A stretch of 60,336 nucleotides of DNA from an uncultured Candidatus Saccharibacteria bacterium (GTDB lineage Bacteria > Patescibacteriota > Minisyncoccia > Phycocordibacterales > UBA9973): contig CAYUQD010000004.1 of assembly GCA_964446965.1 (NCBI GenBank), positions 1 to 60,336 on the forward strand, in the 5' to 3' direction. Under the pieces are notes generated by a model. That model did not search any database. It had not been told where the DNA came from and saw only the letters and a list, made by a program, of their open reading frames with translations. Shown piece after piece: positions 54,904 to 60,336 of the stretch. How positions within the stretch are numbered: the first letter of the stretch is position 1; each line of letters opens with the position of its first letter. The position numbers and the translations under genes are program-made.

Positions 54904-55554
54904 ATGGATACACCTTCACCATCAACCACAAACAAATACGTCTGTTACAACGGCCCAATGGAAAATGGCGAGAAGCATGGCCACATCAAGATCAAGATCG
55001 GCGTGAGTGGTGCAGCAGAGACAGGACATTGTGGACTCAATGCACTCGACAAAGCAAAGGACTTGGGTCGTGAAGTCATCCGACAAGGAGGCATTCTCAT
55101 TACCGGAGCAACCACCGGCTTCCCATTGTGGGCATGTATGGGTGCCAAGGAAGAACACGGTGTATCGATCGGACTCTCTCCAGCAATTAGTGAGAAGGAT
55201 CATGTCGAAGGCTATCACTTGCCGCTCGACTATATGGATCTCATCATCTATACAGGGTTCGGATTCCCAGGACGAGACCTCCTCTTTACTCGGTCGTGCG
55301 ACGCCATCATCATTGGGTGTGGACGCATTGGTACGATTCATGAGTTCACGATCGCATTTGAGGACGGCAAGCCGATGGGTGTACTCGAAGGTCCATGGAC
55401 GATGGCAGAGCAGATCAAGGACATGATCGCAAAGGGCAACCGTCCAGCAGATCGTGTCATCTTTGACGAAGATCCCAAGCGCCTCATCGAGAAAGTGATC
55501 AAGATGGTAGAGTCAGACCGCGAAGCATTACACAAAAACAATCCGCATATCTAA
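54904..55554 (+). CDS. TIGR00725/LOG-like Rossmann-fold protein
   Basis: IGVSGAA......L..A..LG.E....G.ILITGATTG and IIIGCGRIGTIHEF. Confidence 0.6.
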   Translation: MDTPSPSTTNKYVCYNGPMENGEKHGHIKIKIGVSGAAETGHCGLNALDKAKDLGREVIRQGGILITGATTGFPLWACMGAKEEHGVSIGLSPAISEKDHVEGYHLPLDYMDLIIYTGFGFPGRDLLFTRSCDAIIIGCGRIGTIHEFTIAFEDGKPMGVLEGPWTMAEQIKDMIAKGNRPADRVIFDEDPKRLIEKVIKMVESDREALHKNNPHI

Positions 55555-55574
55555 GTATTGAAAAGGTCGCGGAG

Positions 55575-55770
55575 TATGCTAGGATAGGAATACAAGCAAT
55601 GAAGAGGCTATCACCTCTGAGCTCCGAGAAGAATCCGTAAGGATGTAGACCTCGGCGGGTATGCCCGATATAGCGGTAATGAGATCAAACTAAGGTGGTA
55701 CCGCGGAATAAAAAATCCGCCCTTGGAAATAATCTTTTTGATTATTTCTGTGGGCGGGTTTTTATTTTTT
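55575..55770 (+). promoter_or_regulatory. T-box riboswitch leader of ileS with an intrinsic terminator
   Basis: T-box sequence aaggtggtaccgcgg (55692-55706). Terminator atccgccc...gggcgggt plus T-run overlaps the antiterminator 3' strand. AUC-A candidates at 55610 and 55684. Confidence 0.75.
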
Positions 55771-55774
55771 ATAT

Positions 55775-58700
55775 ATGGAACAAACACAAACAAACAAATC
55801 AATGGAGAAAAGTAGTGCAGCCCTTCGCGAAGAGGCAGTCTTGGCATTCTGGAAAGAGAACGGGATTTTTGAAAAGACTGTCGCAAAGAACAAGGGGCAA
55901 AAAGAATTCGTATTTTTTGAAGGGCCACCGACTGCGAATGCAAAGCCTGCACTCCATCACCTCGAAGCGCGCGCCTTCAAGGATGTCATTCCTCGATACA
56001 AGACGATGCAGGGCTTCTATGTACCACGCCGCGCTGGGTGGGACACGCACGGACTCCCCGTAGAACTCCAGATCGAAAAGAAGATTGGCTCACAGTCAAA
56101 GAAGGATATCGAAGCGTATGGTATCGCGAAGTTCAATCAGGAATGCAAGGACTCAGTATTCACCCACATCAAGGATTGGGAAGACTTCACGGACCGTATG
56201 GGGTACTGGGTAGACAAGGCATCTGCATACTACACATTCAACCCGTCATATATGGAGAGCTTGTGGAGTATCATTGGCAAGGTTAATGATCGAGGACTCT
56301 TGTACAAAGATTATCGAGTGCTGCCATGGTGCGCGCGCTGTGGTACGACACTTGCAACCCATGAACTCGCGCAAGGATATCAGGATGATAAGGATCTCAC
56401 CGTCTATGCCAAGTTTCCACTCAAGGCCTTTCCCAACGCATACTTCGTCGCATGGACGACGACTCCATGGACATTGCCGGGCAACGTCGCACTCGCAGTG
56501 GGGCCAGATATTGTCTATGTTGAAGCAAAGGTAGGAACAGAAGTATTGATCATTGCAAAAGAACGCATTGCGTTGCTCGGTGAAAACGTGGAGATACTCG
56601 CAGAACACAGGGGGAGTGAGATGGTGGGTATGGAATACGAAGCACTTTATGATGTACCTTCGCTACAATCTGAGAACTCGTACAAAGTGTATGCGGCAGA
56701 CTTTGTCACAACGACTGATGGTACAGGGATCGTACACATCGCACCGATGTATGGAGCGGACGACTTTGCAGTTGCGACAAAACATGGCTTGCCCAAGGTG
56801 CACACCGTAGACGAGGCAGGGCACTTCATTGCGGGAGTGTCATTTCTCGACGGGAGATTTGTGAAGGATGAAGATGTCGCTGTGGATATTATTAAGGACT
56901 TGGCAAACCGTCCGACAGGATCACTCTTGTTCAAGAAAGAAAAGTACGAACACTCATACCCACACTGCTGGAGATGCAAGACGGCGCTCATCTACTACGC
57001 ACGCGACTCATGGTACATCCGCATGAGCGAGCTCCGTGAGGACTTGATCAAGGCAAACGAGACGATCAACTGGGAGCCAGACCATATAAAGGAGGGGAGA
57101 TTTGGCGAATGGATCGACGGTGTCAAAGACTGGGCAATCTCTCGCGAACGATATTGGGGGACACCCCTACCGATCTGGCAGTCTGCGGACGGGGAACGGA
57201 TCGTTGTGGACTCTATCGCCACACTCAAACAGTATGCAAAAAAGTCTGGCAACAACTACTATGTCATGCGACACGGACAGACTGGAAATAATCTAAAAAA
57301 TCTTTGGAGTTGTGATAGTACAATCCCAGATCCATTGACACAAGAAGGGGTAATACAGGTGAGAAATGCCGCTTCACAATTACTCGATAAGAAAATAGAT
57401 ATTATTATTTCGTCGCCATTTCCACGCACACATGAGACAGCAGAATTGATTGCAGATATTTTGAAATATCCAATTGTAAACATTGGTATCGATAAGAGGT
57501 TAGGGGAATGGAATGTGGGTAAAGAATTTGATGGCAAAACTCATGAAGAATATTTTTCTATTCGAAATCAATCAGACGATCGATATGGATTCAAAACAAA
57601 AGATGGAGAATCATATGCAGATGTACTTACACGCTCTGCGGAGTTTATGTACGAAATTGATAAACAATATCACGGAAAAAATATTCTTATCGTCTCACAC
57701 GGTGCCCCAACTCGTGCTATTGAGCTAGTGACAGAAGGATTTTCATACGATACTCTCTTTTCTCGAAATAGGAGTTACAAAAATTTCGACAATGCAGAAA
57801 TTCGTAAAGTAGATTTTGCACCACTTCCTCATAACGACAATTTTGAGCTAGATTTACACCGTCCATATATCGACAGTATCGTCCTCGAGAGAGATGGCAA
57901 GGAATTCCATCGCGTCAAAGAAGTCATGGACGTCTGGTTCGACTCCGGCTCAATGCCATTTGCACAGGATCACTACCCATTTGAACACAAGGATGATCTC
58001 GCATATCCTGGCGATTTCATCTCCGAAGCCATCGACCAGACTCGTGGATGGTTCTATACACTTCTCGCGGTCGGGGTGCTCATGGAGCGTGGCGCTCCGT
58101 ACAAGAACGTCATCTGTCTCGGGCACCTCCTCGACAAGGAGGGTAAAAAGATGAGTAAGTCGATCGGCAACATTGTTGAACCATATGAACAAATGGATAA
58201 ATTTGGTGTAGATGCAGTTCGCTTTTGGATGTATTCGGTGAATGCGCCAGGTGAGAGCAAAAACTATGATGAAAAGTCTGTTGCTGAAATCAATAACAAA
58301 GTATTCAATCTACTCGGCAATGTGTATTCGTTCTACGAACTCTATCGAGACAAGGCGCTCGAAGGGGAATACAAAGCAAGTACCAACGTACTCGATCAGT
58401 GGATCATTGCGCGCCTCAACCAGCTCACCGAAAGTGTAACGAAGGGGCTCGATGTATACGATCTCTTCACCCCAACGCGCGCAATCCGTGAATTTTGCGA
58501 TGATCTCTCGACGTGGTACCTTCGTCGTTCTCGTGATCGACTCAAGGATGGGGATGTGAGCGCAAAGCAGACACTCTATACAGTGCTCAAAACTACAGCC
58601 CAACTCATTGCTCCATTCGCTCCATTCACCGCAGAGGATATGTGGTTGAAGCTCAAGACTGAGAGTGATGAGGAGAGCGTGCACTTGAGTATGTGGCCAA

Positions 58701-59290
58701 AGCTTGGTGCGGTAGATAATGATGTAATTAAAAAAATGGAAGAGATTAGAGAAATTTGTAGTCTCGGTAATGCGGAAAGGAAAAAAAATAATATCGCAGT
58801 ACGACAACCGCTTCAATGGATTCTCGTCAACGACACAAACTTTACGGTAAATGAGGAAGTGTATCTGCAATTAATTAAGGATGAGTTAAATGTAGAAAAA
58901 GTTCTATTGGCGTATTCGATGAATGAAGAAACAACCAAAGTAATCAAAAAAGTTACTATTGATAAAAGTAAAAGAGCTCAACTAGAAACAGAAATTACTC
59001 CAGATCTTAAAATAAAAGGCACTGTAAATGAGGTAAAAAGATATCTGCAAGATTGGCGAAAGGAAAATAATCTGACCATAGAGGACACTGTAACTGGAAG
59101 AATGTATTGTGTTCAGCAGGAATTCTTAATTGGAGAAGGAAAACAAATTCTAGAAGACGGTCTAAAACCTGCCAGATTTGCAATAACTGTTGTTGGTGGC
59201 GCACTGCCAGGAGATCGACTAGATGTATTAAATTTCTCTGTTAATAACATTGAATTTGCTCTCGAGTTTAATATAGTAAAAGGTAAATAA
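55775..59290 (+). CDS. ileS: Isoleucine--tRNA ligase (type 2-like) carrying an inserted histidine-phosphatase domain
   Basis: PPTANAKPALHHL (HIGH region), CP1 editing domain, YPHCWRCKT, WAISRERYWGTPLPIW, DVWFDSGSMPF, KKMSKSIGN. Confidence 0.9.
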   Translation: MEQTQTNKSMEKSSAALREEAVLAFWKENGIFEKTVAKNKGQKEFVFFEGPPTANAKPALHHLEARAFKDVIPRYKTMQGFYVPRRAGWDTHGLPVELQIEKKIGSQSKKDIEAYGIAKFNQECKDSVFTHIKDWEDFTDRMGYWVDKASAYYTFNPSYMESLWSIIGKVNDRGLLYKDYRVLPWCARCGTTLATHELAQGYQDDKDLTVYAKFPLKAFPNAYFVAWTTTPWTLPGNVALAVGPDIVYVEAKVGTEVLIIAKERIALLGENVEILAEHRGSEMVGMEYEALYDVPSLQSENSYKVYAADFVTTTDGTGIVHIAPMYGADDFAVATKHGLPKVHTVDEAGHFIAGVSFLDGRFVKDEDVAVDIIKDLANRPTGSLLFKKEKYEHSYPHCWRCKTALIYYARDSWYIRMSELREDLIKANETINWEPDHIKEGRFGEWIDGVKDWAISRERYWGTPLPIWQSADGERIVVDSIATLKQYAKKSGNNYYVMRHGQTGNNLKNLWSCDSTIPDPLTQEGVIQVRNAASQLLDKKIDIIISSPFPRTHETAELIADILKYPIVNIGIDKRLGEWNVGKEFDGKTHEEYFSIRNQSDDRYGFKTKDGESYADVLTRSAEFMYEIDKQYHGKNILIVSHGAPTRAIELVTEGFSYDTLFSRNRSYKNFDNAEIRKVDFAPLPHNDNFELDLHRPYIDSIVLERDGKEFHRVKEVMDVWFDSGSMPFAQDHYPFEHKDDLAYPGDFISEAIDQTRGWFYTLLAVGVLMERGAPYKNVICLGHLLDKEGKKMSKSIGNIVEPYEQMDKFGVDAVRFWMYSVNAPGESKNYDEKSVAEINNKVFNLLGNVYSFYELYRDKALEGEYKASTNVLDQWIIARLNQLTESVTKGLDVYDLFTPTRAIREFCDDLSTWYLRRSRDRLKDGDVSAKQTLYTVLKTTAQLIAPFAPFTAEDMWLKLKTESDEESVHLSMWPKLGAVDNDVIKKMEEIREICSLGNAERKKNNIAVRQPLQWILVNDTNFTVNEEVYLQLIKDELNVEKVLLAYSMNEETTKVIKKVTIDKSKRAQLETEITPDLKIKGTVNEVKRYLQDWRKENNLTIEDTVTGRMYCVQQEFLIGEGKQILEDGLKPARFAITVVGGALPGDRLDVLNFSVNNIEFALEFNIVKGK
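57245..57850 (+). other. In-frame histidine-phosphatase (PGAM/CobC-type) domain inserted in ileS; AT-rich segment
   Basis: YVMRHGQTGNN, SSPFPRTHETAE, LGEWNVG, ILIVSHGAPTRA, between PLPIW and DLHRPYID. Confidence 0.75.
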
Positions 59291-59291
59291 T

Positions 59292-59855
59292 ATGAAAACC
59301 GTAATTATCATTCACGGCAGACCAGACAAGGACGAGTACTTCGATCCGACGAAGCCAAAGCCTGAGAATGCGCATTGGTTGCCGTGGCTCAAGAGGGAAT
59401 TGGAAGCGAACGGGTACTTTGTGCAGGTCCCCGCAATGCCGGTGCCGTATGAGCCAGACTATGAATCATGGAAAAAGGTATTCGAAGAACTGACTCTCGA
59501 TACCGACACAGTACTTGTCGGTCATAGTCGCGGCGGTGCGTTCCTGTTGCATTGGTTGAGTGATCACGATATGAAAGTTGGCAAAGTACTACTCGTTGCG
59601 CCATCTATTACTCCTAACCATCCTGTCGAGATAGGGTTTTCAGAGTTTGCGATCGATACTGATCTTATCGCAAAGACTGATGGTGTCACTATGTTTTATT
59701 CTACAGATGACGAAGAGGAAATACTTGAGAGTGTTGCACATATTAAGGAAGCCATTAAGGATATCAATGTTATAGAACTCCATGACGCCGGACATTTCAC
59801 TTCCGGAGATGGGTATGATGAGTTTCCTGAATTACTAAAGGAGATAGTGCGATAA
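59292..59855 (+). CDS. Alpha/beta hydrolase, YdeN/RBBP9-like serine hydrolase
   Basis: IIIHG......HW.PWL...L, nucleophile elbow VGHSRGG, C-terminal GHF. Confidence 0.7.
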   Translation: MKTVIIIHGRPDKDEYFDPTKPKPENAHWLPWLKRELEANGYFVQVPAMPVPYEPDYESWKKVFEELTLDTDTVLVGHSRGGAFLLHWLSDHDMKVGKVLLVAPSITPNHPVEIGFSEFAIDTDLIAKTDGVTMFYSTDDEEEILESVAHIKEAIKDINVIELHDAGHFTSGDGYDEFPELLKEIVR

Positions 59856-59859
59856 ATTA

Positions 59860-59883
59860 AAATCCCGAACATGTTCGGGATTT
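59860..59883. terminator. Bidirectional terminator (24-nt perfect palindrome)
   Basis: aaatcccgaaca|tgttcgggattt between convergent genes. Confidence 0.6.
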
Positions 59884-60172
59884 ATCGTAGGTCAATTTCT
59901 TCGACAACAAAGGGATAGCTGCTGCGTATTTTTTCTTCAGAAATAGAACTTTCGGTAATCGGGAAGCAGATATATTCCTGTCTGAGATATCCGAGCATTC
60001 TTCCTTCGCAAATAAGTATTTTTTCAACTCCAGCTTCTATGAATAGAATGAATAGATCTTCCCAGCGCGGATGGTATTTGTAACCACGTTCTGAAATGTA
60101 TTGCCATTCAAAGACTTGTATCGAAAGCTGTAAGTATCTTCTGAAATAGGGGGCTGTATATAAAGGGTGCAT
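59882..60172 (-). CDS. Hypothetical protein
   Basis: 96-aa ORF, the only minus-strand ORF in this part of the core. No motif. Confidence 0.35.
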   Translation of the reverse strand: MHPLYTAPYFRRYLQLSIQVFEWQYISERGYKYHPRWEDLFILFIEAGVEKILICEGRMLGYLRQEYICFPITESSISEEKIRSSYPFVVEEIDLR

Positions 60173-60236
60173 AGGTAAGTTTTTGCAAACTATACTTTCT
60201 CTCCGAGATAAGTCAATAGTGCTACAATATCACCAC

Positions 60237-60336
60237 ATGCACACCATCCATCACACTCGTGCGGTGATCCTCAAGAGTACGCCGATGCGTGAAGCCAACA
60301 AGATGTTCTGGCTGTTCACAGAGGAGCTCGGGCTCA
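60237..60336 (+). CDS. Probable DNA repair protein RecO, N-terminal fragment (runs off the window)
   Basis: MHTIHHTRAVILKSTPMREANKMFWLFTEELGL resembles the RecO OB-fold N-terminus. Confidence 0.4.
   Translation, partial: MHTIHHTRAVILKSTPMREANKMFWLFTEELGL

Noticed and set aside
57245-57850. Intein in IleRS
   Set aside because: No Cys/Ser/Thr at the N-junction, no His-Asn plus nucleophile at the C-junction, and no homing-endonuclease motifs. The motifs are those of a histidine phosphatase.

Overview
The window looks like a small-genome, CPR/Patescibacteria-like bacterium. That placement is an inference from gene content: a PilM-type pilus gene, reduced PheRS, rplK with no rplA after it, a DUF5659-like gene and a DGR. 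The core is almost entirely plus-strand housekeeping genes: rplS, rarA, msrAB, trhO, pheST, secE-nusG-rplK, dut, argS, ndk, ileS, ABC systems and 4 tRNAs. By eye the core is more GC-rich and is interrupted by several AT-richer insertions. The largest is a ~19.5-kb integrative island next to tRNA-His (about 8.7-28.3 kb). It carries a large serine recombinase, an iteron-like repeat region, a four-gene module of unknown function and a defence cluster (orphan AbiEi, SNF2 helicase, RhuM, type III Mod/Res, DUF2779 nuclease). It also carries an IS256-family element and a complete diversity-generating retroelement (DGR). The DGR has a reverse transcriptase, an Avd-like four-helix-bundle gene on the opposite strand, a 121-nt TR/VR pair with adenine-specific differences, and a small target protein with no obvious signal peptide. 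Other points worth a second look: a full histidine-phosphatase (RHG/SHG) domain inserted in-frame in IleRS on an AT-rich DNA segment; an ileS T-box leader with a short specifier hairpin; a promoter-to-terminator structured sRNA candidate after ndk; and an AT-rich thymidylate/nucleotide-metabolism islet where rplA would normally follow rplK. Everything here comes from reading the sequence and the ORF track. No database search or computed statistic was run.
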